This document shows positions 56,402-64,000 of a DNA stretch of 64,000 nucleotides, piece by piece. The position numbers and the translations under genes were made by a program. The stretch comes from Escherichia coli. GTDB lineage: Bacteria > Pseudomonadota > Gammaproteobacteria > Enterobacterales > Enterobacteriaceae. The stretch lies in NCBI RefSeq assembly GCF_030013205.1, contig NZ_CP122648.1; one strand, given 5' to 3'. Position 1 is the first letter of the stretch, and each line of letters starts with the position of its first letter. The notes under the pieces were generated by a model, which was not told the origin of the DNA, searched no databases, and saw only the letters and a list, made by a program, of their open reading frames with translations.

Positions 56402-56948
56402 ATCCCTCCTGTCGCGAAAAATGGCCTGCGTTATTGCCAGACGTAATAAAACTTTTGATTAACGTTTCTCGTACTGGTAGCACCTTCATGTACTTTTCTT
56501 TTTTACGAAAAATCAAAAGAGCTAACAAAGGTCATAATTCGCATGAATCATTAATTATTTGTTATTTTCAACATTATTTTTACATTAAGCAGAGATGAAT
56601 TGCTGTGAAATTCGACTTAACTTTTATGAAATGCATTTACTCATGGCTAAAGCCACGTCACAAAAATGCAAATTAGAAGTTGATCACAATTATCTCAATA
56701 CATCAAATCAAGTTAATTTTAAAAATTTAACATTCATGACATCAGTTGACATAACACACTGAATTAAAATGAGAATTTGAAAACACACTTTAAACAATCA
56801 TTTCCCGAAAGACATTTTGAAAATAGATCAATTGCAACATTACGGTCAGATAAAGACACTCCTGTGATATTAAACCTGTGCCGTTATGAACGGCCATAAA
56901 TACGACGTGTGTAACTTATTTTACTCTCTGTCTTACAAAGGATTACCC

Positions 56949-57398
56949 ATGAAGAAAGCAACACTTGTGATTGGCGTTATTGGCGCGGACTGCCATGCAG
57001 TAGGCAATAAAGTTCTGGACCGCGTTTTTAGCAACCATGGCTTCAGAGTCATTAATCTGGGCGTAATGGTCAGCCAGGACGAATATATTGATGCGGCCAT
57101 TGAAACTGGCGCTGACGCGATTGTCGTCTCCTCTATCTATGGGCATGGCGATATCGATTGTCTGGGCATGCGCGAACGCTGCATTGAGCGTGGGCTGGGT
57201 AACATCCTGCTCTATGTGGGCGGTAACCTGGTGGTCGGAAAACATGACTTCGCTGACGTGGAAACCAAGTTCAAAGAGATGGGATTTGATCGCGTCTTTT
57301 CCCCAAGTCATGACTTAGAAGATGTTTGTCAGCTGATGGCCCACGATATCAACCAACGTCATGACGTTGATACTCGCATTCTTGAAGAGGCAATCTGA
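56949..57398 (+). CDS. Glutamate mutase S (sigma) subunit, B12-binding
   Basis: Starts [23 protein letters not shown] (cobalamin-binding DxHxxG-type motif); about 149 aa; track ORF begins 21 codons upstream. Confidence 0.85.
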   Translation: MKKATLVIGVIGADCHAVGNKVLDRVFSNHGFRVINLGVMVSQDEYIDAAIETGADAIVVSSIYGHGDIDCLGMRERCIERGLGNILLYVGGNLVVGKHDFADVETKFKEMGFDRVFSPSHDLEDVCQLMAHDINQRHDVDTRILEEAI

Positions 57399-58786
57399 TG
57401 CAAATCGTCTCTGTCGATATTGGTTCGACGTGGACCAAAGCAGCCCTCTTCACCCGGGAGGGGGACGCGTTAACGTTGGTTAACCACGTTCTGACCCCAA
57501 CCACCACCCATCATCTGGCGAAGGGGTTTTTCTCCAGCCTGGACCAGGTGTTAAACGTAGATGATGCCCTCCCCCTGTTAAACAGTGGTGAGGTTGCATT
57601 GAAGTATTCCTCCTCTGCCAAAGGTGGGCTGGCGGTTGCCGCAATGGGATTGGTGCCTTCTATCACCCTGGAAACCGCGAAAGTAACCGCTCACTCTGCG
57701 GGTGCTAAAATTGCGCAATATTACGCCTACAAGCTGAACCGCCGTGATATCCAGGCACTGGAAGAAACGCAGCCCGATATTCTCTTGTTCACCGGCGGCA
57801 CCGATGGCGGAGAAGAAAGCTACGGACTGAATAACGCCCGTGTGTTGGCAGAATCCAAACTCGACTGCGCCATTATTTATGCCGGAAACCGGGATATTCA
57901 GGACGAGGTGCAGGAGGTCCTCGGGCATAAAGACCTGACCATCGTCGACAACGTTCTGCCCGATCTTGACCATCCGAACCCTTTAGCCGCACGCCAGGCT
58001 ATTTGCGACATATTCCTTAAACGCATCGTTAAAGGGAAAGGGCTGGATGTCATTGTTGATAAAACAGGCGAAGAACCAATGCCGACACCATGGACGGTCT
58101 TTGAACTGGTTAAGGCAATCAGTAACGTCGATCACAGCTGGAAAGAGTTCATGCTGATCGACATGGGCGGCGCAACCACCGATGTTTATTCCGCCTGTGC
58201 CAACACGCTCTCGCCCGACACCGTTCTACACGGCGTACCGGAACCCTTCGTGAAACGGACGGTGGAAGGCGATCTGGGAATGCGCGTCTCGGCAATGGTG
58301 GTTGGTGAAAGTGCGAAAGAGTTAGTCAATGTGAATTTTGCTCAGCAACCCGCACAGCTGGACGCTTTTTATCATTACCTCCGCCATCTAGTCGCTCATC
58401 CCGACTACTTACCCGCGAATGCAGAAGAAAAATATTTCGATACCGTCCTGGCCGGAGTGTGTGTGGGTTATGCCACCGAAAGACATGCGGGCACCAAAAA
58501 AGAGGTCTGCACCTGCGTCGGCAATGTCGATTTACAGATGGGACGTGATCTGACAACCGTGCGTAAAGTCGTGGGTTCCGGCGGATGGCTCTCGCGTGCC
58601 AGTCAGTTCGATATGCATCACTGGTTGAAATACCGCGAGTTAAACGACGACGGTAAACGCATTCTCTTACCGACCGAATTTGAATATTACCGCGATTCCC
58701 GGGGGCTATTACCACTGCTGGCAAACGTCGCCAGAGTCGATCCGCTGGCCGCCGCGCGCACCAGTATTCAATGCTTAACCCTATAA
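57398..58786 (+). CDS. Glutamate mutase accessory protein (GlmL/MutL-like)
   Basis: 462-aa ORF between the S and E subunit genes, the position of glmL in clostridial glutamate mutase operons. Confidence 0.75.
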   Translation: MQIVSVDIGSTWTKAALFTREGDALTLVNHVLTPTTTHHLAKGFFSSLDQVLNVDDALPLLNSGEVALKYSSSAKGGLAVAAMGLVPSITLETAKVTAHSAGAKIAQYYAYKLNRRDIQALEETQPDILLFTGGTDGGEESYGLNNARVLAESKLDCAIIYAGNRDIQDEVQEVLGHKDLTIVDNVLPDLDHPNPLAARQAICDIFLKRIVKGKGLDVIVDKTGEEPMPTPWTVFELVKAISNVDHSWKEFMLIDMGGATTDVYSACANTLSPDTVLHGVPEPFVKRTVEGDLGMRVSAMVVGESAKELVNVNFAQQPAQLDAFYHYLRHLVAHPDYLPANAEEKYFDTVLAGVCVGYATERHAGTKKEVCTCVGNVDLQMGRDLTTVRKVVGSGGWLSRASQFDMHHWLKYRELNDDGKRILLPTEFEYYRDSRGLLPLLANVARVDPLAAARTSIQCLTL

Positions 58787-58804
58787 CAATTAAGGCTGCA
58801 ATCA

Positions 58805-60250
58805 ATGGAACTTCGAAATAAGAAATTAACCCATGACGAATTCATGACCGAGCGGCAACAGGTACTGAAAACCTGGGAAACCGGCAAGGATGTTGAAAAC
58901 TTTGAAGATGGCGTTAAATACCAACAAACCATCCCTGAGCATAAACGCTTCTCTCTTGCGCTGCTGAAAGCAGACAAGGAAGGTAAAACCCTTAGCCAAC
59001 CGCGCGCAGGTGTGGCGCTGATGGACGAACACATCGAACTACTGAAAACACTACAAGAAGAGTGCGATCTGCTGCCGAGCACTATCGATGCATATACCCG
59101 TCTGAATCGGTACGAAGAAGCGGCTGTAGGGATTAAAAAATCCATCGAAGCCGGAACCTCTAAACTGAACGGTTTGCCGGTAGTTAACCATGGCGTCGCA
59201 GCTTGCCGTCGCCTCACCGAAGCCCTGCAAAAACCGCTACAGATCCGCCACGGCACGCCAGATGCGCGTCTGCTGGCTGAAATCTCGATGTCCAGCGGCT
59301 TTACCAGTTACGAAGGCGGCGGCATTTCCTACAACATTCCGTATGCCAAACGCGTAACGCTGGAAAAATCGATCCGCGACTGGCAGTACTGCGACCGTTT
59401 AATGGGGATGTATGAAGAACACGGGATCCGCATCAACCGCGAACCGTTTGGCCCACTAACGGGTACGCTGATCCCGCCGTTTATCTCGCACTCTATCGCG
59501 ATCATCGAAGGCTTGCTGGCGCTGGAACAGGGTGTGAAATCTATCACCGTTGGTTATGGACAGGTCGGCAGCCTGACGCAGGATGTTGCGGCGATCCAGT
59601 CTCTGCGTGAACTTGCACACGAATATTTTCAGAGCTATGGCTATACCGACTATGAATTAAGTACCGTGTTTCACCAGTGGATGGGCGGCTTTCCGGAAGA
59701 CGAATCGAAAGCGTTCGCTATTATCTCCTGGGGCGCAGCCGTCGCGGGGATGTCTGGTGCCACCAAAGTCATCACCAAAAGTCCGCACGAAGCCTGGGGT
59801 ATCCCGACTGCCGCTGCCAACATTCAGGGGCTGAAAGCCTCCCGCCAGATGCTCAACATGGTCAACGAGCAGAAATTCCCGCCGTGCCCTGCGGTTGAAC
59901 TGGAAATTGAACTGATTAAGAGCGAGGTTCGCGCAGTACTGAATAAAGTGTTCGAACTGGGTAATGGTGATATTGCGCGCGGTACGGTGCTGGCATTTGA
60001 AGCGGGCGTACTGGATGTGCCGTTTGCACCAGCCGCGTGTAACGCGGGCAAAATTCTTCCGGTCCGTGACAACACCGGCGCGATACGCGTACTGGAAGCC
60101 GGAGCCGTTCCATTGCCAAAAGATATTCTCGACCTCCACCACGATTACGTTGCTGAACGCGCACGCTTTGAAGGACGCCAACCGACATTCCAGATGGTTG
60201 TAGATGACATCAATGCTGTATCCCACAGTAAATTAATAGGAAGACCATAA
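58805..60250 (+). CDS. Glutamate mutase E (epsilon) subunit
   Basis: 481-aa ORF following the glmL-like gene; operon context. Confidence 0.8.
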   Translation: MELRNKKLTHDEFMTERQQVLKTWETGKDVENFEDGVKYQQTIPEHKRFSLALLKADKEGKTLSQPRAGVALMDEHIELLKTLQEECDLLPSTIDAYTRLNRYEEAAVGIKKSIEAGTSKLNGLPVVNHGVAACRRLTEALQKPLQIRHGTPDARLLAEISMSSGFTSYEGGGISYNIPYAKRVTLEKSIRDWQYCDRLMGMYEEHGIRINREPFGPLTGTLIPPFISHSIAIIEGLLALEQGVKSITVGYGQVGSLTQDVAAIQSLRELAHEYFQSYGYTDYELSTVFHQWMGGFPEDESKAFAIISWGAAVAGMSGATKVITKSPHEAWGIPTAAANIQGLKASRQMLNMVNEQKFPPCPAVELEIELIKSEVRAVLNKVFELGNGDIARGTVLAFEAGVLDVPFAPAACNAGKILPVRDNTGAIRVLEAGAVPLPKDILDLHHDYVAERARFEGRQPTFQMVVDDINAVSHSKLIGRP

Positions 60251-61491
60251 TGAAAATAAAACAGGCCCTGTTCACCGCTGGCTACTCCTCATTCTATTTC
60301 GATGACCAGCAGGCGATAAAAAACGGAGCGGGTCATGACGGCTTTTTTTATACCGGGGAGCCAGTAACACAGGGGTTTAACGCCGTACGTCAGGCCGGGG
60401 AGTGCGTATCGGTACAGTTGATTCTGGAAAACGGCGCGGTCGCCGTAGGTGACTGTGCTGCCGTACAGTATTCCGGGGCAGGTGGTCGCGATCCACTGTT
60501 CCTCGCGGAGCACTTTATTCCGTTCCTCAACGACCATATCAAGCCATTACTGGTAGGCCGCGATGTGGATACTTTCCTGCCGAATGCCCGTTTCTTCGAC
60601 AAATTGCGTATTGACGGCAACTTGCTGCATACCGCCGTGCGCTACGGATTATCACAGGCGCTGCTTGATGCTACCGCGCTGGCAACCGGCCGTCTGAAAA
60701 CTGAAGTGGTCTGTGATGAATGGCAGTTGCCACGCGTGGCGGAATCCATTCCATTATTTGGTCAGAGCGGCGACGATCGATATATCGCCGTCGATAAGAT
60801 GATCCTTAAGGGCATCGACGTGCTGCCCCATGCACTGATTAATAACGTCGAAGAGAAACTGGGCTTTAAAGGTGAAAAACTGCGCGAATATGTCCGCTGG
60901 CTGTCGGATCGTATTCTGAGCAAGCGCACCAGCGCACGCTACCACCCTACCCTGCACATCGATGTATACGGCACTATCGGTCTGATCTTCGATATGGATC
61001 CGCTTCGCTGTGCGCAATACATCGCCAGCCTGGAAAAAGAAGCGCAAGGCCTGCCGCTCTACATTGAAGGTCCGGTCGATGCCGGTAACAAGCCCGATCA
61101 AATTCGCCTGCTGACCGCGATTACCAAAGAGCTGACGCGCCTCGGTTCCGGCGTGAAACTAGTGGCCGATGAATGGTGTAACACCTACCAGGATATTGTT
61201 GATTTCACCGATGCCGCCAGTTGCCACATGGTGCAAATCAAAACCCCGGATCTGGGCAGTATTCACAACATCGTCAATGCAGTTCTTTATTGCAACAGCC
61301 ACAGCATGGAAGCGTACCAGGGCGGCACCTGCAATGAAACTGATGTCAGTGCCCGCACCTGTGTCCACGTCGCCCTTGCCGCTCGCCCCATGCGTATGCT
61401 GGTAAAACCAGGGATGGGCTTTGACGAAGGCCTCGATATCGTCTTCAACGAAATGAATCGTACTATCGCGCTGTTGCAGGCTAAGGATTAA
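60250..61491 (+). CDS. 3-methylaspartate ammonia-lyase
   Basis: 413-aa enolase-superfamily-size ORF immediately after the mutase genes, overlapping the glmE-like stop. Confidence 0.8.
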   Translation: MKIKQALFTAGYSSFYFDDQQAIKNGAGHDGFFYTGEPVTQGFNAVRQAGECVSVQLILENGAVAVGDCAAVQYSGAGGRDPLFLAEHFIPFLNDHIKPLLVGRDVDTFLPNARFFDKLRIDGNLLHTAVRYGLSQALLDATALATGRLKTEVVCDEWQLPRVAESIPLFGQSGDDRYIAVDKMILKGIDVLPHALINNVEEKLGFKGEKLREYVRWLSDRILSKRTSARYHPTLHIDVYGTIGLIFDMDPLRCAQYIASLEKEAQGLPLYIEGPVDAGNKPDQIRLLTAITKELTRLGSGVKLVADEWCNTYQDIVDFTDAASCHMVQIKTPDLGSIHNIVNAVLYCNSHSMEAYQGGTCNETDVSARTCVHVALAARPMRMLVKPGMGFDEGLDIVFNEMNRTIALLQAKD

Positions 61492-61494
61492 CAA

Positions 61495-62865
61495 ATGGCT
61501 CGTTCTTTTAAAGTCTTATCGCCTACGGCAATCCTCGGGTATGGATTCCCGGAGGAGAGCTTCCGCAAAGCGATGGCAGAATCGCCCGATCTGATCGCCG
61601 TTGATGCTGGCTCTTCCGATCCTGGCCCCCACTACCTCGGGGCGGGCAAACCGTTTACCGATCGCGCAGGGGTCAAGCGCGATCTGCGCTATATGATCAC
61701 CGCAGGCGTGCAAAATAATATACCGGTGGTGATCGGAACGGCCGGCGGTTCTGGTGCCGCTCCACACCTGGAGTGGTGCCGAGAAATAATTCATGAGATT
61801 GCCCGGGAAGAGCACCTCTCGTTCTCGATGGCGCTGATCCCGGCAGACGTTGACAAAGCCATCGTCCACCAGGCGCTGGATAACGGCAAAATCACGGCGC
61901 TGGATTTTGTCCCGCCGTTAACCCACGACGCGATTGACGAAAGTACGTATATCGTCGCGCAAATGGGCATCGAACCCTTCCAGCAGGCGCTGAAAGAAGG
62001 CGCGCAAGTGGTGCTGGGCGGGCGCGCTTACGACCCGGCCTGCTTTGCTGCGCTACCGATCATGCAAGGCTTTGATGAAGGTCTGGCGCTGCATTGTGGG
62101 AAAATCCTTGAATGCGCGGCAATCGCCGCAACGCCCGGCTCAGGCTCTGACTGTGCGATGGGCATCATTGATGACAACGGCTTTACGCTGAAGACATTTA
62201 ATCCGAAGCGTAAATTTACCGAAACGTCAGCAGCTGCACACACACTGTATGAGAAATCCGATCCCTACTTCCTGCCAGGACCTGGCGGCGTGTTGAACCT
62301 GAAAAGCTGCACATTTAAAGCGGTCAATGACGGCGAAGTGTACGTCAGCGGTTCTAAGCATGAAGAAACGCCGTATTCCCTGAAACTGGAAGGTGCGCGA
62401 CGGGTGGGCTTCCGCTGTCTGACCATCGCCGGAACGCGCGACCCGATCATGATCGCCGGGATCGATAAAATCATCGATGAAGTCAAAACCAGCGTTTCGC
62501 GTAACCTGTCGCTCGACGATGACAGCATTCACATCAATTTCCACCTGTACGGCAAAAACGGGGTGATGGGCGACCATGAACCGATGCAAACTGCCGGGCA
62601 TGAGCTGGGGATTGTCCTTGATGTAGTTGCACCGACCCAGGAAATTGCCAACAGCGTTTGCTCGCTGGTGCGCTCTACCATGCTGCACTACGGCTATGAA
62701 AACCGCATCGCTACCGCAGGTAATCTGGCGTTCCCGTTCTCCCCTTCTGATATTCAGGGCGGGCCGGTATACGAATTTTCCATATATCACCTGATTGAAG
62801 CCAACGACGCTCTGCGTTTTGATTTCCATATTGAACAGGTGACGCCAGAAGGAGTTCAGGCATGA
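61495..62865 (+). CDS. DUF1446 / AtuA-like protein, function unknown
   Basis: 456-aa ORF 3 bp after the ammonia-lyase gene; family assignment recalled, not verified. Confidence 0.6.
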   Translation: MARSFKVLSPTAILGYGFPEESFRKAMAESPDLIAVDAGSSDPGPHYLGAGKPFTDRAGVKRDLRYMITAGVQNNIPVVIGTAGGSGAAPHLEWCREIIHEIAREEHLSFSMALIPADVDKAIVHQALDNGKITALDFVPPLTHDAIDESTYIVAQMGIEPFQQALKEGAQVVLGGRAYDPACFAALPIMQGFDEGLALHCGKILECAAIAATPGSGSDCAMGIIDDNGFTLKTFNPKRKFTETSAAAHTLYEKSDPYFLPGPGGVLNLKSCTFKAVNDGEVYVSGSKHEETPYSLKLEGARRVGFRCLTIAGTRDPIMIAGIDKIIDEVKTSVSRNLSLDDDSIHINFHLYGKNGVMGDHEPMQTAGHELGIVLDVVAPTQEIANSVCSLVRSTMLHYGYENRIATAGNLAFPFSPSDIQGGPVYEFSIYHLIEANDALRFDFHIEQVTPEGVQA

Positions 62866-63061
62866 AACAGTCAATTGTCTCACTGGCGCAAGTCATTCGT
62901 TCGAAAAATGCCGGACCTTACGAACTGGTTTTAGATATTTTATTTAAAACCAAAGAAAACTATGAGCGAGTCAAATCATCAGGGCAATTAACCCCAGAAC
63001 TGATTGGGTGATGCTGCCAACTTACTGATTTAGTGTATGATGGTGTTTTTGAGGTGCTCCA

Positions 63062-63337
63062 GTGGCTTCTGTTTCTATCAGCTGTCCCTCCTGTTCAGCT
63101 ACTGACGGGGTGGTGCGTAACGGCAAAAGCACCGCCGGACATCAGCGCTATCTCTGCTCTCACTGCCGTAAAACATGGCAACTACAGTTCACTTACGCCG
63201 CCTCTCAGCCCGGTACGCACCAGAAAATCATTGATATGGCCATGAATGGCGTCGGATGTCGCGCCAGTGCACGCATTATTGGCGTTGGCCTCAACACGAT
63301 TTTCCGCCACTTAAAAAACTCAGGCCGCAGTCGGTAA
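63062..63337 (+). CDS. insA: IS1 InsA
   Basis: 91 aa [43 protein letters not shown] (zinc finger). Confidence 0.93.
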   Translation: MASVSISCPSCSATDGVVRNGKSTAGHQRYLCSHCRKTWQLQFTYAASQPGTHQKIIDMAMNGVGCRASARIIGVGLNTIFRHLKNSGRSR

Positions 63338-63759
63338 CCTCGCGCATACAACCGGGCAGTGATGTGATTGTCTGCGCTGAAATGGACGAACAGTGGGGCT
63401 ACGTCGGTGCTAAATCACGTCAGCGCTGGCTGTTTTACGCGTATGACAGGATGCGGAGGACGGTTGTGGCGCACGTCTTCGGTGAACGCACTCTGGCCAC
63501 ACTGGAGCGTCTTCTGAGCCTGCTGTCGGCCTTTGAGGTCGTGGTATGGATGACGGATGGCTGGCCGCTGTATGAATCACGCCTGAAGGGAAAGCTGCAC
63601 GTTATCAGCAAGCGTTATACTCAGCGCATTGAGCGGCATAACCTGAATCTGAGACAACATCTGGCAAGGCTGGGACGGAAGTCACTGTCGTTCTCAAAAT
63701 CGGTGGAGCTGCATGACAAGGTCATCGGGCATTATCTGAACATAAAACACTATCAGTAA
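63256..63759 (+). CDS. insB: IS1 InsB frame (expressed as InsAB' by -1 frameshift)
   Basis: 167-aa frame overlapping the insA 3' end; A-run slippery site before the insA stop. Confidence 0.9.
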   Translation: MSRQCTHYWRWPQHDFPPLKKLRPQSVTSRIQPGSDVIVCAEMDEQWGYVGAKSRQRWLFYAYDRMRRTVVAHVFGERTLATLERLLSLLSAFEVVVWMTDGWPLYESRLKGKLHVISKRYTQRIERHNLNLRQHLARLGRKSLSFSKSVELHDKVIGHYLNIKHYQ

Positions 63760-64000
63760 GTTGGAGTCATTACCACTGATTGCGCGCTTATATCATGTTG
63801 AACCTGACTTTATTCACCGTATTGTCTGGTTTGATCCTTCTAACGCAGTAAAAATCGTCATGCCACGAGATATTATCTCCGGGAATGTAGGTGACAATGA
63901 TGTCTATGGTGCACAGCAACATGCACCTTTATTAAATATGAGTTTCGATTTGTAAAAATCCGAATACTTTTAGCCAACTGACATCCCGTCACTTATTGCA

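Larger units (their letters stand above)
63007..63774 (+). mobile_element. IS1 insertion sequence (768 bp, insA-insB orientation on + strand)
   Basis: Terminal inverted repeats GGTGATGCTGCCAACTTACTGAT ... AAGTTGGAGTCATTACC, with an 8-9 bp direct repeat (ACTGATTG) flanking. Left boundary derived from the insA position. Confidence 0.9.
62862..63955 (+). pseudogene. Small DUF4387-like gene interrupted by IS1
   Basis: 5' part MKQSIVSLAQVIRSKNAGPYELVLDILFKTKENYERVKSSGQLTPEL runs into the IS1 end; the 3' part ...IARLYHVEPDFIHRIVWFDPSNAVKIVMPRDIISGNVGDNDVYGAQQHAPLLNMSFDL resumes after IS1 (track ORF 63761..63955). Confidence 0.65.

Noticed and set aside
56402-56948. Cobalamin riboswitch upstream of the B12-dependent mutase genes
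   Set aside because: The region is very AT-rich and lacks the GC-rich conserved core and B12-box expected; riboswitches usually control B12 supply genes, not B12-dependent enzymes. Not supported without an Rfam scan.
62998-63006. IS1 left boundary from direct base counting (about 62998)
   Set aside because: My manual position count here disagreed with the ORF-track coordinates by about 9 bp; the boundary 63007 derived from the insA position and the 768-bp IS1 length was preferred.

Overview
This window reads as an Escherichia coli-type chromosomal segment with accessory DNA at both ends. Positions 1-18990 are the attL-proximal part of a prophage inserted at the phage-lambda attachment site beside ybhC. 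It combines a lambda-type Int/Xis/att core with a P22-like packaging, head, DNA-ejection and tailspike module and an immI-like mnt-arc-ant region. It looks defective: the early and lysis region is missing between xis and a truncated Rz, and the gp4/gp10 tail-hub genes are absent between coat and tail needle. Positions 19037-54148 are conserved backbone in K-12 gene order (ybhC, ybhJ, ybhI, ybhH, ybhD, pgl, ybhA, modCBA, acrZ, modEF, galETKM, gpmA, aroG, ybgS, zitB, pnuC, nadA, a Lys/Val tRNA array, cpoB, pal, tolBARQ, ybgC, ybgE, cydXBA). Positions 54149-63955 are AT-rich accessory DNA: two unknown genes, a glutamate mutase / methylaspartate ammonia-lyase operon, a DUF1446-like gene, and a small gene split by an IS1 insertion. 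The best candidates for something undescribed are the prophage moron cluster at 2679-4056 (a small HExxH protein, small membrane proteins, a secreted protein) and the AT-rich two-gene island at 54954-56401. All calls rest on reading the sequence and recalled protein families; no database search was run. Coordinates of features not in the ORF track may be off by a few bp, and the IS1 left boundary was inferred from the insA position because my direct reading there disagreed with the track by about 9 bp.
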